A stretch of DNA of 64,000 nucleotides from an uncultured Solibacteraceae bacterium (GTDB taxonomy: Bacteria > Acidobacteriota > Terriglobia > 20CM-2-55-15): assembly GCA_964584785.1 (NCBI GenBank), contig CAZPBY010000011.1, forward strand, positions 65,877-129,876. Direction: 5' to 3'. Shown piece after piece: positions 1 through 8,581 of this stretch (its first letter is position 1; every line of letters begins with the position of its first letter). The notes under the pieces are model-generated. The model did no database searches and was not told the DNA's origin. It worked only from the letters and a program-made list of their open reading frames with translations. A program made the position numbers and the translations under genes.

Positions 1-467
1 ACGCCTCGAAGGAGTTGGACAAGCACTACAGACGGCTTGGCCCGGTCCCGTGGAGACAGGACGGTTGGGGTGCCGCCGTCATCATCGATTGTGGGCGTGT
101 CTTTGATTTTCTATCGTGGTATCGGCCCCTCACGCTTGCGCGAGCGATGGCAGAGAAGCCGCTGGTCGAGTCTCTGCGCGGCGACATCTGGTGGCGCCTC
201 GAACTGCCGGGCACATGCTCGCCGGCGCACTTCAAGAAAATGGAATTGGAAAAAATCGGCAAACTACCGGTCGATCCGGAAAAAGTCCAAACCGTTTTTC
301 CCGGCCTGCGTCCCGGTCTGTCCGCCGCAGTGAGCGATATCTCGATCGCGAACCGTTTGAGCGCAGCGACTGTCATCGATTTTCGAATGTTGGCCAAACC
401 CGGTGAACCTTCGAAGGGGCGATCGCGAACGATCCAGGGCATCGAGCAGCTGCTGATCGAAAAGTGA
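1..467 (+). CDS. 3' end of a hypothetical protein; the reading frame is open to the window edge and position 15 is TTG, not ATG
   Basis: The frame stays open back to nt 3, so the gene starts upstream of the window. No family recognised. The minus-strand alternative 26..442 is equally unrecognisable. Strand was chosen weakly on codon periodicity. Confidence 0.3.
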   Translation, partial: ASKELDKHYRRLGPVPWRQDGWGAAVIIDCGRVFDFLSWYRPLTLARAMAEKPLVESLRGDIWWRLELPGTCSPAHFKKMELEKIGKLPVDPEKVQTVFPGLRPGLSAAVSDISIANRLSAATVIDFRMLAKPGEPSKGRSRTIQGIEQLLIEK

Positions 468-502
468 TAGTCGCGATGGATTCGTGCGGTCGCGTTTCAA
501 AT

Positions 503-2257
503 TCAGGGCAGAGAAACCGGAATGCCGAGCAGCACCTTCACGGCGACGGGTTCTCCACCGAGTTCAGCCGGCCTGAAAATCCATTTGCCTAAAGCCGCGA
601 GTACGGCCGCGTTCAACTGAGTGTCGGGACTTTGCTTCACCGACAGGTCCTGAAGTTTTCCTTCCGTATTCATGATGGCGTAGACCACGATCATCCTTCG
701 GTCGTATTTCCGCCCCAGTTCCGGTGGGAAATCCGGCTGGACCTTTGTTGCGGGGAACGGCGGAATGATGCCTTCATTCGATTTGCCCGCCGGCACGGAA
801 GGACTGGCGCCCATCACGGCATATTGCAGCGTCCACGACGGCCGCGGCGCGCCGTTGGGTGACTTCATGTCGAGGTAGACGGTGTACGCCTTCTCGTGAA
901 GGAACACGCCGAAATCCGGCAGTCCGCCACCGCTGTTGCCGGTCGATACGATGGTGATGCCATACGAACCGGTCGGAGCCGATGCATTCGACGAGCCCGA
1001 CGAGCCGAGCGTAATCGTTCCCGTGCGCGGCGACGCGGGGTTCCCTGGGCTTCCGGTTTCCAATCGTCCGCCTGTGATCGTCATTCCGCCAAACGGGCTG
1101 CGCGGCGGAGCCGGGGAGGCGCTGGTTTCAGCGTCCTTTGGTTTCACCGCCGTGCTTTCGGGAACGGCTTCCTTTGTGGATGCGGTGCTGGAAGCGGCGG
1201 GCTCCTTCACCGGTTCCTTCGGCGGCTCCTTAGTTGCGTTGTTCGGTGACGTTTCCTTCGGCGGCGCCGCCGGAGGCGCTGCCGCTTTTGTACCGGGCGC
1301 GATTGCGGCCGCCGTCAAGTTCGGTTCCGGCGAGATCGCAACTCGGCCTCGAGCCTCGCCGTTTGGAACCCGGACGACGGGTTCGGGCGGTGACGGCAAC
1401 GGGGTGATCGAAAGCACATTTTCTTTGTCGGGACCTTCCACCGGTACCGGAGCGGTCTTCGCAACTTTGAGTGGTTCGGGTGCCGGCGGAGGCTCCACAG
1501 GTTTTGGCGCAGGTGGCGGCGCCATGACATCGGCAGCAGCGGACGGAAGCGTCACTCGCGGTTGTTTCGCCGAAATCGGCGCAGGGACATTATTCGCGGC
1601 CACCAGAAGCTTTGTATCCGCTTTCGCCAGCTTCGGCTCCGGTTTGACTTCCGGTTTTGGCCGGACGTCCGGAATGGCCGGAGGCTTCGGAGCTTCCATT
1701 TTTGGCAAAGGCGCCGCGTTCGCCATCTGGATCAGGTTCGGCAGCTGGATCGGCGGAGGAATCACAACGGGATTCTCGAGCGCAGGCTGAAGTAATGTTT
1801 GAAACCGGTTTGTCGGGTTCGGCGAATCGGAAACGATCGCTTGGGGTCCGGGATAGCTCATTCCCGGTGCTGGTTTCTTCCTGGCAACTGCGGCGTCACT
1901 CTTTGGTTTGGAGGATTCCTCTGCGGCGGCCTTACCTTCGTCGTCACCCCCGACGCTGGGGAAATAGATCAGCTTCGCTTCATGCCGGATATCCATCATC
2001 AACAATAATTCCGGCGGCGGAGCGGGTTCCGCAAAATATCCGGCGTATACCTGCATGAAGAGCAGGCTGAAGAGAATCACCTCGTGGAATAGTGCCGAAT
2101 AAAGCAGCCCGCGGCTTGGAACCCTGCCGATGCTGGGAGTAGAACCTGTCGCGTATGGAAACGGAATGCCGTAGCGCGTTGGCCACAGTCGCACGGTCGA
2201 GTGCGTGGGCCGGTCGTGAAGGTTCAGAGTAGTGAGCAGAGGCGTCCTTGCCAACAT
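503..2257 (-). CDS. TonB-family energy transducer: N-terminal TM anchor, long Pro/Ala/Lys-rich linker, C-terminal TonB domain
   Basis: The C-terminus (…GKLQDLSVKQSPDTQLNAAVLAALGKWIFRPAELGGEPVAVKVLLGIPVSL) matches the TonB C-terminal fold. PAPPKPEPK-type proline-rich spacer. One hydrophobic helix near the N-terminus. The true start may lie downstream of the first ATG. Confidence 0.6.
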   Translation of the reverse strand: MLARTPLLTTLNLHDRPTHSTVRLWPTRYGIPFPYATGSTPSIGRVPSRGLLYSALFHEVILFSLLFMQVYAGYFAEPAPPPELLLMMDIRHEAKLIYFPSVGGDDEGKAAAEESSKPKSDAAVARKKPAPGMSYPGPQAIVSDSPNPTNRFQTLLQPALENPVVIPPPIQLPNLIQMANAAPLPKMEAPKPPAIPDVRPKPEVKPEPKLAKADTKLLVAANNVPAPISAKQPRVTLPSAAADVMAPPPAPKPVEPPPAPEPLKVAKTAPVPVEGPDKENVLSITPLPSPPEPVVRVPNGEARGRVAISPEPNLTAAAIAPGTKAAAPPAAPPKETSPNNATKEPPKEPVKEPAASSTASTKEAVPESTAVKPKDAETSASPAPPRSPFGGMTITGGRLETGSPGNPASPRTGTITLGSSGSSNASAPTGSYGITIVSTGNSGGGLPDFGVFLHEKAYTVYLDMKSPNGAPRPSWTLQYAVMGASPSVPAGKSNEGIIPPFPATKVQPDFPPELGRKYDRRMIVVYAIMNTEGKLQDLSVKQSPDTQLNAAVLAALGKWIFRPAELGGEPVAVKVLLGIPVSLP

Positions 2258-2263
2258 AGTTAC

Positions 2264-4045
2264 TTAACGGAACAAAGCGGCCTTCAGGACCGTGTAGGCA
2301 ACATTGTTGTTGAGCACCATATTGATGGTGGTGCCGCTGCTCATTTGCAGTTTGTCGCTGATGATGGCGCCGATCACATAGCTCGTCGAACCGGAGCCGC
2401 CCTTGAATTGCACCTGGTCGCCGTAAGCGCTGGATGAGCACGTCGTGTTTGCGCCGGGATCCGCGGAGCCGTCTGCTCCCGCGGTGCATTGATGAATGTA
2501 CATGGCGCCCGCCATGGAGAACTTCGAGCCGCCCGCCAGGACTGGTGTCGCTGCCTGGGCACGGTTCTGGAAAAAGAGAATTCCACGTTGTCTGCCATTC
2601 GGGTTTTTGGTGAGATCGTCTGCGTCCGGATTAGGGTCTCCATAATCGCCCGAACATGGAGCGAGCAGAACACTGCCGGAAATCGTCGTAGGGATGAAGG
2701 TTGGCAATGTCGCACCGGGGCACTTGGAATTGGATGTATCGAAGTTTGTAATGGTACGGTTACCAGGATTGCAATCTCCGCCACTTCCCTGAGCTGAAAA
2801 GGTGTCGTGTTTGCCGTCAGTGTCTGCCATATAGAATATCGTTCCACCGGTACCATCACCTGTATCGGTTGAGGGACGAGCACATCCGGCCGACTTGAGG
2901 GTGAATCCGCCCTTCGAAAGGTAGTAGACGCCCGGCTTGAAGATGATGGTCTTGTCTACCGTGATTCCATTTGTGTAGATGCCGGCGGAGTACTCGTCGC
3001 AGCCGTTAGGGTCCGGACATCCATGGTCGTTCACGTTGTGGGAGACTGTCGGATTGGTGGTCAGTCCCGTGGTGGGCGGAGCCGCGAAGGAGGAAAAGGG
3101 GTCCGAGGCAGGCGTCCCCGGAGAAACCCACTTTGGAGTGCGAGGACTCGTACAAGAAGTCGGCGCATTGGTTGTTGAACACCCCGTTGTGGTGCTGTTC
3201 GGACAGAAGGTGCCACCCCACGCCGACGATGTTGTGGGGCCTCCAAACACCAGAAGCTGTCCACCGCAATAGTCGGGTCCTCCATAGACAAGATTGATCG
3301 TTCCGGTTCCCGTCACTGCGGTTGTACTGCTGGAGTTGATTGCCAGCGTCAGTTCTGCGCCACCCATGATGGTAATAGTGCCATTGTTGTCCAGACTCGA
3401 GCCGGTTGGTGCGAGAAGTCCGATGGGAGCTGCTGATGCTACGTTGACGATGCCGCAAAGTGAAGCCGCCTTGACGTCCGTCGTGTTCGAACTGGAAAGC
3501 AGGCCCAAGAAAAAATTATGAACGCGATCCACCACATCGACACGCATGAGGGAGTTCGACACGGTACTCGATGGAGTAATTCCGGGAACGGGACATGCCG
3601 CACCGGCCGGACATGCGCTCTTGTCCGGGAAACTCACGTACACGTTGATCCCTGCGGTAGTTCCTGTGGAGGTCGCTTGTGCGCGCGTCAAGGTGCTCGA
3701 GTAGCTGTTCTCAGTCGCATACCAGCAGGGTTGAGCCGTGGTGGTGGTATAGCAATCGAAAGCCGTGCCTGACGTAAAATTAGGGTTGAGACCACCTGTA
3801 CCGGTGGGTGCGTGGTTGGCCACGGCCAGCATGTCCATTGCACCGGCGACACAAACGGCGTCGGCGACGTTTTGAGCTGTCTGTCGATGAAACCACAGGT
3901 AGGAATAGTCGACGGCCAAAGCCGCGGCTATGAGAACAAAAAGAGCGAGGCACACCATAACAAGGATGATGGCCTGACCGCTCTCTCGTGGCCGCTCCGT
4001 GCATAGTGTTCCTCTTGTAGTGATGGTTTCCGCCATCGTTAACAT
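2264..4045 (-). CDS. tadG: TadG-like Tad pilus pseudopilin / pilus-assembly protein, unusually large (593 aa), Ser/Thr/Gly/Cys-rich
   Basis: The N-terminus (RESGQAIILVMVCLALFVLIAAALAVDYSYLW) is the TadE/TadG-type hydrophobic segment. The remainder is low-complexity and T/S/G-rich with multiple Cys. It sits immediately downstream of two tadE-like genes. Confidence 0.6.
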   Translation of the reverse strand: MLTMAETITTRGTLCTERPRESGQAIILVMVCLALFVLIAAALAVDYSYLWFHRQTAQNVADAVCVAGAMDMLAVANHAPTGTGGLNPNFTSGTAFDCYTTTTAQPCWYATENSYSSTLTRAQATSTGTTAGINVYVSFPDKSACPAGAACPVPGITPSSTVSNSLMRVDVVDRVHNFFLGLLSSSNTTDVKAASLCGIVNVASAAPIGLLAPTGSSLDNNGTITIMGGAELTLAINSSSTTAVTGTGTINLVYGGPDYCGGQLLVFGGPTTSSAWGGTFCPNSTTTGCSTTNAPTSCTSPRTPKWVSPGTPASDPFSSFAAPPTTGLTTNPTVSHNVNDHGCPDPNGCDEYSAGIYTNGITVDKTIIFKPGVYYLSKGGFTLKSAGCARPSTDTGDGTGGTIFYMADTDGKHDTFSAQGSGGDCNPGNRTITNFDTSNSKCPGATLPTFIPTTISGSVLLAPCSGDYGDPNPDADDLTKNPNGRQRGILFFQNRAQAATPVLAGGSKFSMAGAMYIHQCTAGADGSADPGANTTCSSSAYGDQVQFKGGSGSTSYVIGAIISDKLQMSSGTTINMVLNNNVAYTVLKAALFR

Positions 4046-4081
4046 ACTCGCTTCCTTGCTAGTTTGTTTGGCTCTACAGCC

Positions 4082-4540
4082 TCAATACACAATGCGGCCC
4101 TGAGCCGCAGCTTTAACGGTTCCCGGACTACCTCCAAGCGTGAAGATCGATACAAATGGATACGTCAGCTCGACGCGCACCCGGTTTGGTGCTTTATTGT
4201 TGCCGTCGAGGTAGCAGATGGAAACCGTCATGCCGGAGTAATTGGCGTAACCGCGGATAACGGAGTCGACTGCAGTGATATTCGTCGCACAGTCGGAACT
4301 TGAACCGGACGCCGGACCGCTTGAAGCGTCGAGCGAAGATGATTTCGTGTTGTAACCGTGCGCGACAGCGTATCGCACGCCTTCCTTGGCCGCGACAGAC
4401 ATGACGACGTAGGTGTACATCAAGAGCACATACTGCAGTGCGGCAAAGATAAAAGTCATGAGCAGGATGGCGGACACCATGAAGTCCACAGTTGCCTGTC
4501 CCCGCTCCGGTGATGTCTTGTTGTGCCTGACGTTTCGCAT
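4082..4540 (-). CDS. tadE: TadE-like pseudopilin (Flp pilus assembly)
   Basis: Start refined to the internal Met (MRNVRHNKTSPERGQATVDFMVSAILLMTFIFAALQY…). This avoids a 61-bp overlap with the upstream gene. ERGQATVxF plus a hydrophobic helix is the TadE-like N-terminal motif. Confidence 0.6.
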   Translation of the reverse strand: MRNVRHNKTSPERGQATVDFMVSAILLMTFIFAALQYVLLMYTYVVMSVAAKEGVRYAVAHGYNTKSSSLDASSGPASGSSSDCATNITAVDSVIRGYANYSGMTVSICYLDGNNKAPNRVRVELTYPFVSIFTLGGSPGTVKAAAQGRIVY

Positions 4541-4557
4541 CCTTGCTACATCCGCTT

Positions 4558-5175
4558 TCAGTTCATCGATCGCATGGAAAGCTGCCGATGAAAGGTACAA
4601 CTGCCCCCGCTGGTGCAAATCGAAACCGGCATCGTCGCCAGGTTAAAGGGGGAGCCGGTGATGATCGGCGAAAAAGTGTAGGTCACATCAACGCGACTTA
4701 GGACGAAATAGGGCGATTCGGGATCGCTGGACGGCAGTGGACTTCCACCGGACGTGTTGGATCCGCAGGTCGACTGATTCGTACAGGTGACGCAGTTTGA
4801 GCGCGTCACGCCACTGGACGTGTAGATGCCGCTGCCGCTAACCAGAACGGCGCTGCTGCAAACCTGAACCTGTGCGCTGGCGTAAGAACCCAGGGCTCCA
4901 TACATGTCCTGGTAAGCCAACGACGTGACGGTACTGCTCGTGGAAGTGGCAGGCGTTGCGGAAGGCAGGCCGCTGGCCTCCCCGGCCGGCGTCGAAAATC
5001 CCAGAATTCCATACTCGAGTGCCGTGCGCGGTGCCGTCGCGATGTTAAGCGCAACAAGAACAAAAAAGCTGAAATTGATGATGTTGAAGATGACGGTCAG
5101 GAGGACGGGCAGAACCAACGCGGTTTCAACGAGGGCCTGGCCTGAATTGCTTTTGAAAATCCGTTTCACTGCCAT
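4558..5175 (-). CDS. tadE: TadE-like pseudopilin (Flp pilus assembly)
   Basis: The N-terminus (SNSGQALVETALVLPVLLTVIFNII) is the canonical TadE/TadF motif. First gene of the minus-strand pseudopilin operon. Confidence 0.65.
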   Translation of the reverse strand: MAVKRIFKSNSGQALVETALVLPVLLTVIFNIINFSFFVLVALNIATAPRTALEYGILGFSTPAGEASGLPSATPATSTSSTVTSLAYQDMYGALGSYASAQVQVCSSAVLVSGSGIYTSSGVTRSNCVTCTNQSTCGSNTSGGSPLPSSDPESPYFVLSRVDVTYTFSPIITGSPFNLATMPVSICTSGGSCTFHRQLSMRSMN

Positions 5176-5344
5176 CGGTTCATCCTAAACCTAAGGGCTA
5201 ATTTTTAACGCGGGGTCCTCGGAGATGCAAGGGCATTCTCGAACTTCCGCGGGTATGCGTTCAACCGCATGACGTCATCAGGGTATTTGACGATGGGCCG
5301 CCCTTGCCAAAACCATGCCTGTAGTGTAACCAGACAAAGCATTC

Positions 5345-6862
5345 TTGCAGCGAGGGAAGTCTTTGACTGAAACGGCAACACTCTTATCGAACTCAACCTT
5401 TGTATCTCGTCCGGCCCGCTGGCTCCGGCTTGTATTCTCTTTTCCGGCGATGCTGGCGGTAATGCTCGGTTGCAACATCTTTATCCTTGCCCGAGGCACA
5501 ATTACCGATCCGGACATCTGGTGGCACAACCGCAACGTCGAATATCTCTTTCAGACGCATCACTTCCCAAACCAGGATGCCTATTCCTTCACCGTTGCCG
5601 GGAAGGATTGGATGAACTATGAGTGGCTTGCCGAAATACCGTTTTACGGCGCGTGGAAAGCCGCAGGACCTGTAGGGATCGAAGTTTTGATGATCATACT
5701 GGTCGAGGTGATTTTCCTCGAACTGCTTTACCTCTGCTACCGCGTGAGCGGTAACATCAAAGCGTCGTTGCTCTCCTGCGCTTTTTGCAGCTACCTGGCG
5801 GTAGTCAATTTCGGTCCGCGCACGATACTGTTTGGCTACGCATTCCTGGTTCTGCTGCTGATCATCCTCGAACGGTTTCGCTCCGGAAAGACCGGTTGCA
5901 TCTGGCTGCTGCCGCCTCTTTTCGCTGTCTGGTCCAACACGCACGGTTCCTGGCTGCTCGGGCTGATCGTGTTCGGTATCGTCGTCGCGGCGGGTTTTGT
6001 TGAGGGGCAATGGGGACGCGTCGAGTCCACGCGTTGGAGCGTCCGCGACATGATCCGCCTGGCCGGCGCCTGGCTGGCAAGCGCTGCCGCTCTTCTGCTG
6101 AATCCGTTCGGCTGGCGAATGGTGGTTTATCCCTTTGAATTTGCCTCGAAGCAGACGCTGAACGTGTCGCATGTCATTGAATGGGCTTCGGTCGACTTCC
6201 ACGATGTCCGCGGCAAGGTGGTCCTGGGTCTGCTGATCGGAATTATTCTCCTGGCGCTGTTTCGCAATCGAAAGTGGGCGCTGGCGGAACTCGGGTTACT
6301 CCTGTTCGGACTCTACTCCGGATTAACCTATGTGCGCTTTCTGTTCTTTCTTGCAGTCCTTATAGCTCCGCTTCTGGCCAAGTTGCTGGACTTCATTCCT
6401 CCGTATCAGCCGGAAATCGACAAGCCGGCGCTGAACGCCGTCTTCATGATTGGCGCGATTGTCGCTATTGCGACTCAGTTCCCCGTGCATTCGGCAACGG
6501 CTCATCAGGCCGACGCAGCCACACAGTTCCCCGCCGGGGCCCTTCCGTATTTTGGGGACCATCCGCTGGAGGGCAATCTTCTGAACTATTACAACTGGGG
6601 CGGCTATCTCGGTTGGCACAATCGTGACCTGAAGGTGTTTATCGACAGCCGTGTCGACATATTCGAGTATGCGGGCGTCCTTCGCGACTACCTGGACATT
6701 GCGGAGCTTCGTGAACCCGATAAGCTGCTGGACAAGTATCAGGTCCGTTATGTGCTGTTCCCGCCATCACACCACTTGACTTACGTTCTGGAGCACGATC
6801 CTCGCTGGAAAGTGAACTATCGCGACTCGGTTAGTGTTCTTTTCGAGCGCAAGTCATCGTGA
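5345..6862 (+). CDS. Polytopic membrane protein, probable GT-C-fold glycosyltransferase/polymerase-like; unassigned family, paralog of 8564..10072
   Basis: About 10 TM helices followed by a roughly 120-aa soluble C-terminal domain. The N-terminal loop motif DPDIWWHNRN…YSFTVAGKDWMNYEWLAEI is conserved with the paralog (DTDLWWHLRN…YSFTAAGAAWVDHSWLSEL). The C-terminal blocks (DSRVDIFEYAGVLRDY / DTRTDIFEYNGVLADY) are also conserved. Confidence 0.55.
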   Translation: MQRGKSLTETATLLSNSTFVSRPARWLRLVFSFPAMLAVMLGCNIFILARGTITDPDIWWHNRNVEYLFQTHHFPNQDAYSFTVAGKDWMNYEWLAEIPFYGAWKAAGPVGIEVLMIILVEVIFLELLYLCYRVSGNIKASLLSCAFCSYLAVVNFGPRTILFGYAFLVLLLIILERFRSGKTGCIWLLPPLFAVWSNTHGSWLLGLIVFGIVVAAGFVEGQWGRVESTRWSVRDMIRLAGAWLASAAALLLNPFGWRMVVYPFEFASKQTLNVSHVIEWASVDFHDVRGKVVLGLLIGIILLALFRNRKWALAELGLLLFGLYSGLTYVRFLFFLAVLIAPLLAKLLDFIPPYQPEIDKPALNAVFMIGAIVAIATQFPVHSATAHQADAATQFPAGALPYFGDHPLEGNLLNYYNWGGYLGWHNRDLKVFIDSRVDIFEYAGVLRDYLDIAELREPDKLLDKYQVRYVLFPPSHHLTYVLEHDPRWKVNYRDSVSVLFERKSS

Positions 6863-6892
6863 AGATTCCAAAGTAATGGTGACAATACACCT

Positions 6893-8581
6893 GTGAATGG
6901 GTCGTTTTTAGCGATGGAGGTGTGTCTGGCTGCTTTGGCGGTCGGCGCCGCTTACATTGCTCCCGGATGGCTCGCGAGTGGGTATCGAAGACTGGACAGT
7001 GTGTTGACTCGCGCATCGCGCCGTCCAGGTGTGGCAGTCCTGGCAATCGGCGCGCTGGCACTCGTCGCCCGGGCGGCGGTGCTGCCGGTGCTGCCGGTTC
7101 CTCAACCGAGAATTCAGGACGAATTCAGCTATCTTCTCGCTGCCGACACTTTTGCCCACGGCCGGATGACGAACCCTGCGCATCCGATGTGGGTTCACTT
7201 CGAAAGCTTCCACATCATCCACAACCCGACCTATGCCTCCATGTACTACCCCGGGTTGGGGCTCATGCTCGCTGCAGGCGAGGTCGTATTCGGCCATCCA
7301 TTCGTCGGCGTGTGGCTGAGTCTGGGATTCATGTGCGCCGCAATTTGTTGGATGCTTCAGGGCTGGCTGCCCGGAAAGTGGGCCGTCCTGGGCGGCTGTA
7401 TCGCCATTGTCCGCGTCGCGATGTTCAGCTACTGGGCGGACAGCTACTTCGGCGGGACACTACCCGCGATCGGTGGTGCGCTGGTTCTTGGAGCTTTGCC
7501 GCGCATTCAACGGCGGCGGCAGGTCCGGCATTCACTTGTGATGGCCGCAGGTCTGGCGATACTTGCGAACACCCGGCCCTGGGAAGGGCTGTTCTTTGGC
7601 ATACCTGTGGCGGCCGTGATAATAGGTTGGATGCTGCAAAAGAACGCTCCGTCCGTGCGAGTATGCATTCGCAGGATCATTCTGCCGATCTCGCTGGCGC
7701 TGGTATTGATCGTTTCCGCCATGGGTTATTACTTCTGGCGCGTCACCGGTAGTCCCTTTCGCATTCCTTACCAGGTCAACATACAGACCTACGGTTTGAT
7801 GTATTTTCCGTGGCAGGAACTGAAGCCGTTGCCTGAGTATCACCATGCGGTGATGCGCGACTTTTACGAAAAATACAGCCTGGACCCGTACCTGAAGGCG
7901 AATTCAAACCCGTCCGACAGGGTGATTGGCACTCTGGCCGGGTTCTGGTTGTTCTATTTCGGGCCGGTTCTCACACTTCCTTTCCTGGTATGGACGGTGA
8001 CCAGGCCTGCCGGCGTGGGGAGGTTTGCCAGCCGGAAAACGCGCTTTTTCGCGGCCGTGTGCCTTGTCACGCTTGTCGGAATCATGCTGCCCATCTACGG
8101 AGCGCAGCCGCACTATGGCGGAGCGTTACTGAGCGCCTTCTATGCACTGCTCTTACAGGCGATGCGGCACACGCGCTTCTGGCGATGGGAAGGGAAACGC
8201 GCTGGAGAAGTCATCATTGCGTCAGTGCTGTGTATCTGCGCCGCGCTTGTTGTCGTGCGTGTTGCGACTCCCTTGCCGTGCGGCAAACTCCGGACCTGGT
8301 GTTCCGAACCCTTCGGCAACACCGATCGGGCAAGGGTATTGGCCGAATTGTCCGCTTATGAGGGAGGGCAGCTGGCTATAGTCCGATATGGACCGAATCA
8401 TGACTCCGTATTCAATGAATGGGTCTACAACGATGCGGGGATCGACCAATCAAAAGTCGTTTGGGCCCGGGAAATGTCACCCGCTGAAGATCGCGAGTTG
8501 ATCCATTACTTCAAAGACCGCCAGGTGTGGCTGGTCGAAGCGGACGAAAAGCCCGCCAGAGTGTCACCTTACCTGCAATGA
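6893..8581 (+). CDS. GT39/GT83-like (PMT/ArnT-type) GT-C membrane glycosyltransferase
   Basis: A multi-TM protein with an acidic DE motif in the first extracytoplasmic loop (PQPRIQDEFSYLLAADTFAHGRMTNPAHPMW). This resembles the DE…HPP loop of PMT_2/ArnT enzymes. Long hydrophobic body. Confidence 0.5.
   Translation: MNGSFLAMEVCLAALAVGAAYIAPGWLASGYRRLDSVLTRASRRPGVAVLAIGALALVARAAVLPVLPVPQPRIQDEFSYLLAADTFAHGRMTNPAHPMWVHFESFHIIHNPTYASMYYPGLGLMLAAGEVVFGHPFVGVWLSLGFMCAAICWMLQGWLPGKWAVLGGCIAIVRVAMFSYWADSYFGGTLPAIGGALVLGALPRIQRRRQVRHSLVMAAGLAILANTRPWEGLFFGIPVAAVIIGWMLQKNAPSVRVCIRRIILPISLALVLIVSAMGYYFWRVTGSPFRIPYQVNIQTYGLMYFPWQELKPLPEYHHAVMRDFYEKYSLDPYLKANSNPSDRVIGTLAGFWLFYFGPVLTLPFLVWTVTRPAGVGRFASRKTRFFAAVCLVTLVGIMLPIYGAQPHYGGALLSAFYALLLQAMRHTRFWRWEGKRAGEVIIASVLCICAALVVVRVATPLPCGKLRTWCSEPFGNTDRARVLAELSAYEGGQLAIVRYGPNHDSVFNEWVYNDAGIDQSKVVWAREMSPAEDRELIHYFKDRQVWLVEADEKPARVSPYLQ

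Noticed and set aside
936-1790. 284-aa Gly/Ala-rich ORF on the plus strand
   Set aside because: It is antisense to the Pro/Ala-rich TonB linker (a GC-rich low-complexity mirror image). No start context.
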